From Chthoniobacterales bacterium (GTDB lineage Bacteria > Verrucomicrobiota > Verrucomicrobiia > Chthoniobacterales > UBA10450), in assembly GCA_046262215.1 (NCBI GenBank), contig JBHENE010000091.1, positions 1 to 52,328 on the forward strand: a stretch of DNA of 52,328 bases, read 5' to 3'. Both the position numbers and the translations under genes were made by a program. Shown here piece by piece: positions 44,775 through 52,328 of this stretch. The notes beneath the pieces are model-generated. The model ran no database searches. It was not told the DNA's origin and worked only from the letters and a program-made list of their open reading frames with translations. Within the stretch, counting starts at the first letter, position 1, and every line of letters begins with the position of its first letter.

Positions 44775-45641
44775 GCGACAAGCCTTCACGGTATTCGTCA
44801 TCAACATCACGATGGTCATCGGGCCAACCCCACCCGGCACCGGCGTGATCGCTGCCGCTTTCGCCGCGACTTCGTCAAACGCGACATCTCCCACGAGTCG
44901 ATAACCGCGCACTGCCGCGGCATCGTCGACGCGGTTGATGCCGACATCGATGACGACCGCGCCTTCGCGCACGTGCTCGGCTTTGACGAAGCCCGCCTGG
45001 CCGATCGCGGCGATGATAATATCGGCTGAGCGCGTGATGTCCGACAGGTTGCGGCTGCGCGAATGCACCACCGTGACGGTGGCGTTCGCGTGCGGCGCTT
45101 TCTGCATCAACAGCATCGCAACGGGTTTTCCAACGATCATGCTGCGGCCGAGCACTACGACGTGCGCGCCAGCAATCTCGATCCCGCTTTCCACTAACAA
45201 CCGCTGACACCCAAGGGGCGTGCACGGCACGAAAGCGTCCTGCTCGCCGAGCGCGAGTTTCGCGACATTCATCGGATGAAAACCGTCGACGTCTTTCGCT
45301 GGGTCGAGCGCACGCACGATTGCAGCCTCGTCGATCTGCGGTGGTGGCGGTGACTGAACAAGGATGCCGTGAATGGCGGGATCGCGATTGAGCTCGGCGA
45401 CGCGCGCGAGCAGGTCGTCCTGCGTCGTCGTCGTGGGCAGCTCGAGCTTTACGGAATGCAGACCGAGTTCGCGGCACATTTTGTCTTTCGATCGCACATA
45501 CGCGCGCGAAGCAGGATCGTCGCCGACAAGTACGACTGCGAGACCTGGCGTGATGCCGCGCTCTTTTAGCTCCGCGATTTCGCCGCGCAGCTGCGCGTAA
45601 ACCTTCTCCGCGATCGCGCGGCCATCGATCAGTTTGGCCAT
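44751..45641 (-). CDS. folD: bifunctional methylenetetrahydrofolate dehydrogenase/cyclohydrolase
   Basis: [38 protein letters not shown] and [10 protein letters not shown] motifs. Confidence 0.95.
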   Translation of the reverse strand: MAKLIDGRAIAEKVYAQLRGEIAELKERGITPGLAVVLVGDDPASRAYVRSKDKMCRELGLHSVKLELPTTTTQDDLLARVAELNRDPAIHGILVQSPPPPQIDEAAIVRALDPAKDVDGFHPMNVAKLALGEQDAFVPCTPLGCQRLLVESGIEIAGAHVVVLGRSMIVGKPVAMLLMQKAPHANATVTVVHSRSRNLSDITRSADIIIAAIGQAGFVKAEHVREGAVVIDVGINRVDDAAAVRGYRLVGDVAFDEVAAKAAAITPVPGGVGPMTIVMLMTNTVKACRLAHDLRS

Positions 45642-45644
45642 GAT

Positions 45645-46289
45645 TTACCGCATCTCCACGAGCTGCATCATCGCATTCTGCAGACGCACTCGCTCGAATT
45701 CAAATTCCTCATCCGTCGCGGTAGCCGGAACGATGTGCGGTGTCCCGAACACGGCGCGGACGGTAGAAAACGGTCGCGGCAGGATGAAGCGATCCCAACT
45801 CTTCAATCGCCAGCAGCTGGAGTATTCCATGTTAATCGGCACGACAGCCGCGCCCGATTTTTGCGCGAGGAACACGATACCCGGACCGATCTCGTAGGCT
45901 GGACCGCGCGGGCCATCGGGTGTGATTACCGCGTCGCGGCCATTCGCCATGACGTCGGCCAGCTGCAACATCGCGCCGACCCCTTTGCGCGAACTCGAAC
46001 CGCGCACCACATCGAATCCAAACCGTTGCACGATGTCGGCCAGGATCGCGCCATCGCGACTCGCGCTAATCAACCCCACACCTCGCCGCTGCGGCAGGTA
46101 ACGCCGGATGACGTGCGGCAGAACAAACAATCGGTTGTGCCAGCACGCGCCAATGTAGCGCGGGGCCGGGGGCGTTCCCAAAACGCCGGCGCGGTCGTCG
46201 ATCTCGAAGCGCAGCGTGCGCGCCCAAAGTTGCAGGAGACGAAAACCAAACGCGATCAGCAGCCGCGCGCGCCAGCCTTCGAGTTTCAA
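45645..46289 (-). CDS. DUF374 (lysophospholipid acyltransferase-like) protein
   Basis: CWHNRLF...LISASRDGAILADIVQRFGFDVVRGSSSRKG...ITPDGPRGP matches the DUF374 pattern. Confidence 0.8.
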   Translation of the reverse strand: MKLEGWRARLLIAFGFRLLQLWARTLRFEIDDRAGVLGTPPAPRYIGACWHNRLFVLPHVIRRYLPQRRGVGLISASRDGAILADIVQRFGFDVVRGSSSRKGVGAMLQLADVMANGRDAVITPDGPRGPAYEIGPGIVFLAQKSGAAVVPINMEYSSCWRLKSWDRFILPRPFSTVRAVFGTPHIVPATATDEEFEFERVRLQNAMMQLVEMR

Positions 46290-46861
46290 ATCTCGCGCGT
46301 GGAATTTTCTGCCGCCTCATCGCGCCAGCGGAAGGCGCGAGGATTCGGCAGGCCAAGTTGATCGATGATGCGCCACACGACCGTGTCAACCACCTCTTCC
46401 ACCGTTCCTGGTCGATGGTAGAACGACGGAATCGCAGGCAGTACGACAGCGCCGGCTTCGAGGAGCGTCACCACGTTGCGCGCATGAATCAGGCTCCACG
46501 GCGTCTCGCGCGGAACGACAATGAGCTTGCGGCGTTCTTTCAGGAAAACGTCGGCTGCCCGGAGGATGGCGTTCTCGCCTGAGCCGCTCGCGAGTCGCCC
46601 GAGAGTCGACATCGAGCAGGGGACGATCACCATCGCGGCGAAGCGTGCGGAGCCGCTGACGTACGGAACGTTCAGGTCGTTCTCGGGATGCTTTAGCACG
46701 GCAGGCGGCACGTTTAATGGTTCGGCTTCCTGCGCCGCGACTTGCTTCGCGTGCCCACTCATGACGAGGTGGACCTCATTCTCCGTCGCATCGATCTGAT
46801 CAAGCAACCGCTGCAAATAGATCGTGCCGCTGGCTCCGGTCGCGGCGATCACAAGCTTCAT
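46286..46861 (-). CDS. ubiX: flavin prenyltransferase UbiX
   Basis: MKLVIAATGASG, VIVPCSMSTLGRLASG and LKERRKLIVVPRETP motifs. 4-nt overlap with the downstream gene. Confidence 0.92.
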   Translation of the reverse strand: MKLVIAATGASGTIYLQRLLDQIDATENEVHLVMSGHAKQVAAQEAEPLNVPPAVLKHPENDLNVPYVSGSARFAAMVIVPCSMSTLGRLASGSGENAILRAADVFLKERRKLIVVPRETPWSLIHARNVVTLLEAGAVVLPAIPSFYHRPGTVEEVVDTVVWRIIDQLGLPNPRAFRWRDEAAENSTREI

Positions 46862-46927
46862 CGTGGCTAAGAGAACATATTGCGCACGAGAACACTAGGG
46901 CTCTCGCCTTCGACGGCGGCATCGACA

Positions 46928-47038
46928 TGTCATCCTGAGCGCAGTCGAAGGATCTCGCCTACGCAGACGGCGATACGCTCCTTAGCTCGTGTGAAGGTTG
47001 AGCGGTTGCGAGATCCCTCGACTTCGCTCGGGATGACA
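46928..47038. repeat. palindromic interspersed repeat (MITE/REP-like), copy A
   Basis: 30-nt arms TGTCATCCTGAGCGCAGTCGAAGGATCTCG (46928-46957) and CGAGATCCCTCGACTTCGCTCGGGATGACA (47009-47038) are 27/30 complementary. Lies in the divergent ubiX/gloA-like intergenic region. Confidence 0.75.
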
Positions 47039-47065
47039 GTTGCCCGCGCCGCGTTAACTTAGCCG

Positions 47066-47452
47066 ATGATCAAGCGCCTTCTTCACACGCGTTACCGCGT
47101 TCGCGACCTCGAGAAAACCGTCTCGTTCTACACTGACGTCCTCGGTCTGGAGGAAGTGCGGCGGCATACCTCCGGCCGTGGTTCGCAGCTGGTCTTCGTA
47201 AAGGCACCCGGCAGCGACGAAGAAGTCGAGCTCTGCAAATTCGATGAAAGCGGCCCCGTCGTCGTCGGACCTGACCTGACGCATCTCGCGTTCGAAGTCG
47301 ACGACATCGCAGAATTCGCCAAGCAGACGGCGGCGAAAGGCTACCCGTTATCCGACGGCCCCCACCCGAACGGAAACGGTGGCGCGATCGCATTTATCGA
47401 CGCTCCCGAAGGCTACGAAGTCGAGCTGATCCAGCGCGGTCGCAGCGAATAA
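47066..47452 (+). CDS. VOC family protein / lactoylglutathione lyase-like
   Basis: LLHTRYRVRDLEKTVSFYTDVLGL...THLAFEVDD...GYEVELIQ is the glyoxalase I-type paired beta-alpha-beta-beta-beta pattern. Confidence 0.8.
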   Translation: MIKRLLHTRYRVRDLEKTVSFYTDVLGLEEVRRHTSGRGSQLVFVKAPGSDEEVELCKFDESGPVVVGPDLTHLAFEVDDIAEFAKQTAAKGYPLSDGPHPNGNGGAIAFIDAPEGYEVELIQRGRSE

Positions 47453-47507
47453 TTCCGGGCGGGCGGGTCGCTTGCGAACCGCAGGCGTATGACGCAACTT
47501 CAGCGCC

Positions 47508-48422
47508 ATGAAAGTCTCGCGGTCTTCCACCCTGCGCATTTGGCAGCTGTGGATCACGCTGTTGTGCTGCGTTTGCACGACCTCCCTTGCCGCGCCGACG
47601 AAGAAAAAGAAGTCGACTAAGCATCGCACGACGGTCAAACGCGCGGAGCCGGCCGAGCCACGCGAGACACAACCGTCAACGCTGCCGGGCGGCGTCCCGA
47701 ACACGCGCGCCGCTGCGGTAATCGTGATCGACGCGCGGACGGGCGAAGTGTTGTACGAGAAGAACGCGGACGCGCAGCGTGCCGTGGCGAGCACGCAGAA
47801 GCTTCTTACGGCGTTGATCGTCGCAGAGCGCGGATATTTGGACCAACCGGTGACTGTCGCTCCGATCGACACTTACGCCGAGCCGACGAAGCTCGGGTTC
47901 AAAGCGGGTGAGACATACCAGCGCCTCGATTTGCTACGCGTGCTGCTGGTCCACAGCTGCAACGACGTGGCGCGTTGCCTCGCACGCGATACTGCCGGCA
48001 GCCTCGAGAATTTTGCGCAGCTGATGAACCAACGGGCTCGCGCCGCCGGCGCGACGAACTCTAATTTCATCAACCCGAACGGCCTCCCGATGCCCGGGCA
48101 ATACTCGACTGCGCGTGACCTTTCGCTCATCGCGCGCGCAGCTTACGCGAACCCGACAATCCGCTCGATCGTATCGCTCCCGACCCTGGTGTTCCGTTAT
48201 GCGGACGGTCACACGCAGGAGTTCAGCAACACGAACAAGGTTCTGCGCCGCTTGCCCTACTGCAACGGCATGAAGACCGGCTACACCGATCTCGCCGGGC
48301 ATTGTCTCATCTCCAGCGCGGCGCGTCCCGGCCGCGATGTCATCACCGTGGTTCTGGGCGACAATAAGCCGAACGTTTGGAGCGACTCCGCTGCCTTGTT
48401 GACCTGGGCGTTGCAGATCTAA
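47508..48422 (+). CDS. D-alanyl-D-alanine carboxypeptidase (S11, low-MW PBP)
   Basis: Signal peptide, then SxxK (ASTQK), SxN (SCND) and KTG (KTGYT) motifs at the correct spacing. Confidence 0.88.
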   Translation: MKVSRSSTLRIWQLWITLLCCVCTTSLAAPTKKKKSTKHRTTVKRAEPAEPRETQPSTLPGGVPNTRAAAVIVIDARTGEVLYEKNADAQRAVASTQKLLTALIVAERGYLDQPVTVAPIDTYAEPTKLGFKAGETYQRLDLLRVLLVHSCNDVARCLARDTAGSLENFAQLMNQRARAAGATNSNFINPNGLPMPGQYSTARDLSLIARAAYANPTIRSIVSLPTLVFRYADGHTQEFSNTNKVLRRLPYCNGMKTGYTDLAGHCLISSAARPGRDVITVVLGDNKPNVWSDSAALLTWALQI

Positions 48423-48450
48423 CTTCCGCAGCCGCGAGCTCGGCAAACTC

Positions 48451-49647
48451 ATGAGTGATCTTTTCCACGCAGAGCTGCAGCAGCTGCGCGCGAACTCGCT
48501 CCTTCGAAAGCTGCGCGAGATCGGCAGCGCGCAGGCGCCGGAGGTCCAGATCGTCGGTGAACGGCTGATCAACTTTTCGTCGAACGATTACCTCGGCCTC
48601 GCGAATGACCCGCTCCTGCGCAATGCGACCACCGCGGCAATCGCGGAGTTCGGCGTCGGCTCAGGCGCGTCGCGGCTGGTCAGCGGGACACTCTCGCCGC
48701 ACGTGCGACTCGAGACCGCGCTCGCGAAGTGGAAGGGCACGCAAGCGGCGCTCACCTTCAGCAGCGGCTACGCGGCCGCCCTCGGTACGCTGCAGGCTAT
48801 CGTCGGTAAGCACGACATCGTCTTGCTCGATAAACTCGCGCACGCGGCGCTGATCGACGGTGCAAAGCTGAGCGGCGCAACCATTCGCGTCTTCCCGCAC
48901 AATCATCTTGGCAAACTCGAAAGCCTGCTCGAGTCGGCGCGACGCGAACATCCGGACAGCAAAGTAATCATCGTGACCGAGTCGGTGTTTTCCGTCGATG
49001 GCGACCGGGCGCCATTGCGCGAGCTCGTCAGTTTAAAGAAACGCTTCGACGCGATCCTGCTGCTCGATGAGGCACATGCCGTCGGCGTGATTGGCACGAA
49101 TGGCCGCGGACTGGCGGCGGAAGAAGGACTAACGCGCCACATCGACATCCAGATCGGAACAATGAGCAAAGCGCTCGGCGTAAGCGGCGGCTACGTCTGC
49201 GGCTCGCGTGGCTTGATCGAGTGGCTGATCAATCGGGCGCGCTCGTTCATCTTCACCTCCGCGCCGCCACCGGCGCTGGCGGCAGCCACGACTGCGGCCA
49301 TCGAGTTCCTTGCCTCGGATCGAGGCGAAGAGTGTCGGCTGTTGCTCTGGCAACGCATCGCGATGCTTCGCAGCGCGCTCCACGGTGGTGGAGGAAAAGA
49401 GACGGAAGCGGCCCAAACCGGCAGCGCGATTCACCCGATCGCGATCGGCGACGAAGCGGAAGCCGTGGAGTTATCCCGGGCGCTGCAAGCCGAAGGATTT
49501 CTCGTGCCGGCGATTCGTTACCCGACGGTCGCGAAAGGCGCAGCGCGCCTCCGCATTACGGTCACGGCTGCGCACAGCGAGGGGCAGATCCGCAGCCTGG
49601 CCGAGGCGTTGAAACGCCTGCGGCCGGAACTGACGCTCGCCGCTTAG
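48451..49647 (+). CDS. bioF: 8-amino-7-oxononanoate synthase (alpha-oxoamine synthase family)
   Basis: FSSNDYLGL, DEAHAVG and the PLP-lysine motif GTMSKALG. BioF versus Kbl cannot be resolved by eye. Confidence 0.85.
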   Translation: MSDLFHAELQQLRANSLLRKLREIGSAQAPEVQIVGERLINFSSNDYLGLANDPLLRNATTAAIAEFGVGSGASRLVSGTLSPHVRLETALAKWKGTQAALTFSSGYAAALGTLQAIVGKHDIVLLDKLAHAALIDGAKLSGATIRVFPHNHLGKLESLLESARREHPDSKVIIVTESVFSVDGDRAPLRELVSLKKRFDAILLLDEAHAVGVIGTNGRGLAAEEGLTRHIDIQIGTMSKALGVSGGYVCGSRGLIEWLINRARSFIFTSAPPPALAAATTAAIEFLASDRGEECRLLLWQRIAMLRSALHGGGGKETEAAQTGSAIHPIAIGDEAEAVELSRALQAEGFLVPAIRYPTVAKGAARLRITVTAAHSEGQIRSLAEALKRLRPELTLAA

Positions 49648-49913
49648 AGACCGCCGGCAGCGTTTCCGCGCAGCAACGGCGTCGGGAGCAAACCAGGATT
49701 GCGGTTCGGGTCCGCCGGGCCTTCGCCGGGCATATCTTCAGGGCCTTCGGCTGGCGGAGCTGGCTCGGTGATCGAGTTCGGTCCGGCAACGGTATTCGAG
49801 GCGATCCGACGCTGTTCGAGCGATTGCCGGCTCGAGCTGGCGGTCGACTGGGTCGTCTGGCAGGAGGTGAAGACCGAAAGGGCGAGTAAGCAGGTGGCAA
49901 TTTTGGTGATCAT
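49644..49913 (-). CDS. small lipoprotein (89 aa), Pro/Gly-rich
   Basis: Lipobox-like LSVFTSC after a hydrophobic leader. The mature part is low-complexity. Confidence 0.55.
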   Translation of the reverse strand: MITKIATCLLALSVFTSCQTTQSTASSSRQSLEQRRIASNTVAGPNSITEPAPPAEGPEDMPGEGPADPNRNPGLLPTPLLRGNAAGGL

Positions 49914-50049
49914 GTTTTTGGCTCTTTTTGCTGGGGCGGAGACCGTTCTCTGCCGACGTTCTTATAATTACTATACTTTATTCCAAACTGGCAAGCACGA
50001 TCTTTGCTAGGCGCATTCTGCGACTCAGAACTGCGAAACGTCGGGAGCA

Positions 50050-50117
50050 CCACGAAGGACACGAAGGAGGCGGGGAGTTCTATGAAGTAGGGTTCTCCAC
50101 CTTCGTGAGCTTCGTGG
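50050..50117 (-). terminator. long imperfect hairpin built from CACGAAGG repeats, directly downstream of mtnP
   Basis: CCACGAAGGACACGAAGGAGG (50050-50070) pairs with CCACCTTCGTGAGCTTCGTGG (50097-50117). Abuts the mtnP stop at 50118. Confidence 0.45.
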
Positions 50118-50993
50118 TTAAAGATCTCGAAACCGGCTGAGAATCGGGCCGAGCTTCTGCACTGTCGCTGACGGCCAGAGTTCCCGCGCGGTCGTCAACG
50201 CAGAATCGAGCGCCGAATGCTCTGGCCAGTCCGGCTCCGTCGGGACGCGCGCGATCACGTTCGCGAGGATTCTCTTCGCCGTTTCCGCGTTCGCGAGCAG
50301 ATGCGCGAAGACGGTCTGCGCGGAGACCGGTTCCTCTTCCACCTTCCAGCAATCGTAGTCCGTGATCATCGCCATCGTCGCGAGCGCCATCTCGGCTTCC
50401 CGCGCAAGCTTCGCCTCGGGCAAATTCGTCATGCCGATCACGTCGAAGCCGTTGCGGCGGTTCAGCTCCGACTCGGCACGCGTGGAGAACGCGGGGCCGT
50501 CCATGTTCACGTAGGTGCCGCCGTCGTGTACTGTCGCACCGGTTTCGGTGGCAGCTTCTTTTAACAGTGCGCGTAGCTGTCCGCTGATTGGATCCGCAAA
50601 AGTGATATGCGCGGCGATGCCATCGCCGAAAAAGGTGTGTTCCGCGCGCTGGCTGGTCCGGTCGTAGAACTGCGACGGCAACACCACATCGCGAGGTGCG
50701 TATCGCTCCTGCAGGCTGCCGACAGCCGTCACGCATATGATCCAGCGGACGTTCAAGGAGCGGAGCGCGTAGATGTTCGCGCGATGATTCAATTCATGCG
50801 GGAGCAGGCGATGACCACGCCCGTGCCGTGGCAAAAAGTAGATCTGCCGCCCGTGCATCGTGCCGCCGATCAGCGCATCCGACGGTGCGCCGAACGGCGT
50901 CTCAACGCGCTGTTCGGTGGGGTTCTCGACCCCGTCCATCTGATACAATCCACTTCCTCCGATGATACCGATGGCAGGTGCGTTTTCGTTCAT
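50118..50993 (-). CDS. mtnP: S-methyl-5'-thioadenosine phosphorylase
   Basis: IGIIGGSGLY, FLPRHGRGH, CVTAVGSL and VIGMTNLPEAKLAREAE motifs of MTAP. Confidence 0.93.
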   Translation of the reverse strand: MNENAPAIGIIGGSGLYQMDGVENPTEQRVETPFGAPSDALIGGTMHGRQIYFLPRHGRGHRLLPHELNHRANIYALRSLNVRWIICVTAVGSLQERYAPRDVVLPSQFYDRTSQRAEHTFFGDGIAAHITFADPISGQLRALLKEAATETGATVHDGGTYVNMDGPAFSTRAESELNRRNGFDVIGMTNLPEAKLAREAEMALATMAMITDYDCWKVEEEPVSAQTVFAHLLANAETAKRILANVIARVPTEPDWPEHSALDSALTTARELWPSATVQKLGPILSRFRDL

Positions 50994-51120
50994 CTGCGGG
51001 ATTAAACGGAGCGGGAGTGGTGAAGGGAAGTTGAATCATTCGCCAGTCCGTAGAGCCGCTCGCATCGCACCGACGCGCTACAACTTCGTCGCGAGATATG
51101 CGACGTTGAGAGCCGCTCTC

Positions 51121-52328
51121 ATGTCCGCCGTGCTCAAGGAGAAAGCCGACTTCGCGAAACGCGTCCACGACGTGCCGCATAAGCCGGGTGTGTACTTGAT
51201 GCGCGACCGGTTCAACCGCGTCATCTACGTCGGGAAAGCGCGCGATCTCAGGAAACGAGTCGGCTCGTATTTCATGCCATCGAAGATGGCGCAGGCGGAT
51301 CTGAAGACGCGGGCAATGCTCGATGCGGTTTGGGATTTCGAATTCCACACCGTCGCCAGCGAACCCGAATCGCTTCTGCTCGAAGGCAAGCTGATCAAGG
51401 AATTCCGGCCGCGCTATAACATCTCGTTTCGGGACGATAAGCGGTTCCTCCTCGTGAAGGTCGACCCGAAGGAGGACTGGCCGCGCTTTCGGCTCGCGCG
51501 TTTCAAGAAAGATGACGGCGCAAAATACTTCGGACCGTACGCGCATGCGGGCGCGCTGCGGCAGACGCTGAACTTCATGCGCAAAAAATTCGGCGTGCTC
51601 ACATTTGGGCGTGGCTCACCGACCGAGCGCGAGCTGAAGTCCTCGACTTATCAGGTGCCGTTTCGGTTGAGCGAGATCAATGGCGAGCAATACCGCGAGC
51701 GCGTGCTGCAGGCGTGTGATTTCCTCGAAGGTCAGTCGCGCGAGCTAATCGGGACGCTCGAAGATGAAATGCGAAAGGCGGCCGAGAAGCTGGATTTCGA
51801 GAAGGCCGCGGAGCTGCGGAACATGCTGGAAGATGTGAAGCGCACGACGAAACCGATGCGGCGTTTCACACGCCACAGCTTGCCGTCGACGATCGATCCG
51901 GCGGCTGACGTGGAGAACTTGAAGGACGCCCTGCAGCTGCCGCGCGCTCCGGCAGTGATGGAGTGCTTCGACATCTCGAACATCTCTACGACGCATGTGG
52001 TCGCCTCGATGGTTTGCTTCCGCCACGGCGTGCCGGATAAGGACTACTATCGGCGCTACAGGATTCGCACAGTCGAAGGACAGGACGATTTCGCGAGCAT
52101 GGCAGAAGTGGTGCGACGCCGTTATTCGCGCGTGCTTTTAACCGCGCGGGAGGCGAATCCCGAAGCCGCTGAATTCTCGCAGGAAAACCCGAGCGACGCA
52201 CTCGAGCGGCTGCAAGCCGATGCGGCGGCGTCGAAATTTCTCGCCGTGCGTTTGCCGGATTTGGTGATCGTCGACGGCGGGAAAGGTCAGCTTTCGTCGG
52301 CCTGTCGAGAGCTGCAGCGGCTCGGATT
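51121..52328 (+). CDS. uvrC: excinuclease ABC subunit C (3' end outside window)
   Basis: Not in the ORF track because there is no stop within the window. Hand translation from ATG 51121 gives MSAVLKEKADFAKRVHDVPHKPGVYLMRDRFNRVIYVGKARDLRKRVGSYF (GIY-YIG), then the UVR domain (MRKAAEKLDFEKAAELRNML) and ECFDISNI. Confidence 0.92.
   Translation, partial: MSAVLKEKADFAKRVHDVPHKPGVYLMRDRFNRVIYVGKARDLRKRVGSYFMPSKMAQADLKTRAMLDAVWDFEFHTVASEPESLLLEGKLIKEFRPRYNISFRDDKRFLLVKVDPKEDWPRFRLARFKKDDGAKYFGPYAHAGALRQTLNFMRKKFGVLTFGRGSPTERELKSSTYQVPFRLSEINGEQYRERVLQACDFLEGQSRELIGTLEDEMRKAAEKLDFEKAAELRNMLEDVKRTTKPMRRFTRHSLPSTIDPAADVENLKDALQLPRAPAVMECFDISNISTTHVVASMVCFRHGVPDKDYYRRYRIRTVEGQDDFASMAEVVRRRYSRVLLTAREANPEAAEFSQENPSDALERLQADAAASKFLAVRLPDLVIVDGGKGQLSSACRELQRLG

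Noticed and set aside
1-52328. CRISPR arrays, rRNA genes, prophage or recognisable defence/toxin-antitoxin cassettes
   Set aside because: Scanning both strands by eye found no regularly spaced direct repeats, no cas, restriction or abortive-infection-type domains, and no integrase or phage structural genes. The only mobile DNA is the IS1-family element and the short palindromic repeats.

Overview
High-GC, tightly packed chromosomal core segment with about 60 genes, many with 1-4 nt start/stop overlaps. It spans the dnaA-dnaN locus (36.4-39.0 kb). Almost all ORFs are recognisable housekeeping genes: dxs, xseB, gcvTH, cysS, ispF, coaB/coaC, gmk, trpB, mutY, rnhC, ogg, tonB-exbBD, def, miaB, folD, ubiX, bioF, mtnP and uvrC, plus one tRNA-Ser(GGA). 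The gene content (a DUF1800/DUF1501 pair, RNase HIII, a GT9 heptosyltransferase, GTCATCC...GGATCTC palindromic repeats) suggests a PVC/Verrucomicrobiota-like soil bacterium; this is inference only. The one clearly accessory segment is a 2,680-bp IS1-family element at 12002-14681. It has perfect 17-bp terminal inverted repeats and an 8-bp target-site duplication, and it carries several small passenger ORFs, a 470-bp non-coding stretch and its own repeated operator-like motifs. It sits exactly on the stop codon of the upstream gene. Other points worth a second look: an unannotated 33-aa lysine-rich ORF with its own SD and terminator; a TGTGA-box cluster sharing an exact 11-mer with the dnaA upstream region; a yicC gene broken by an in-frame TAG; a split coaC/coaB pair; two copies of a MITE/REP-like palindromic element; and a CHRD-DUF1800 fusion protein. 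I found no CRISPR array, rRNA or recognisable defence system. All family names come from motif recognition by eye, not from database searches.
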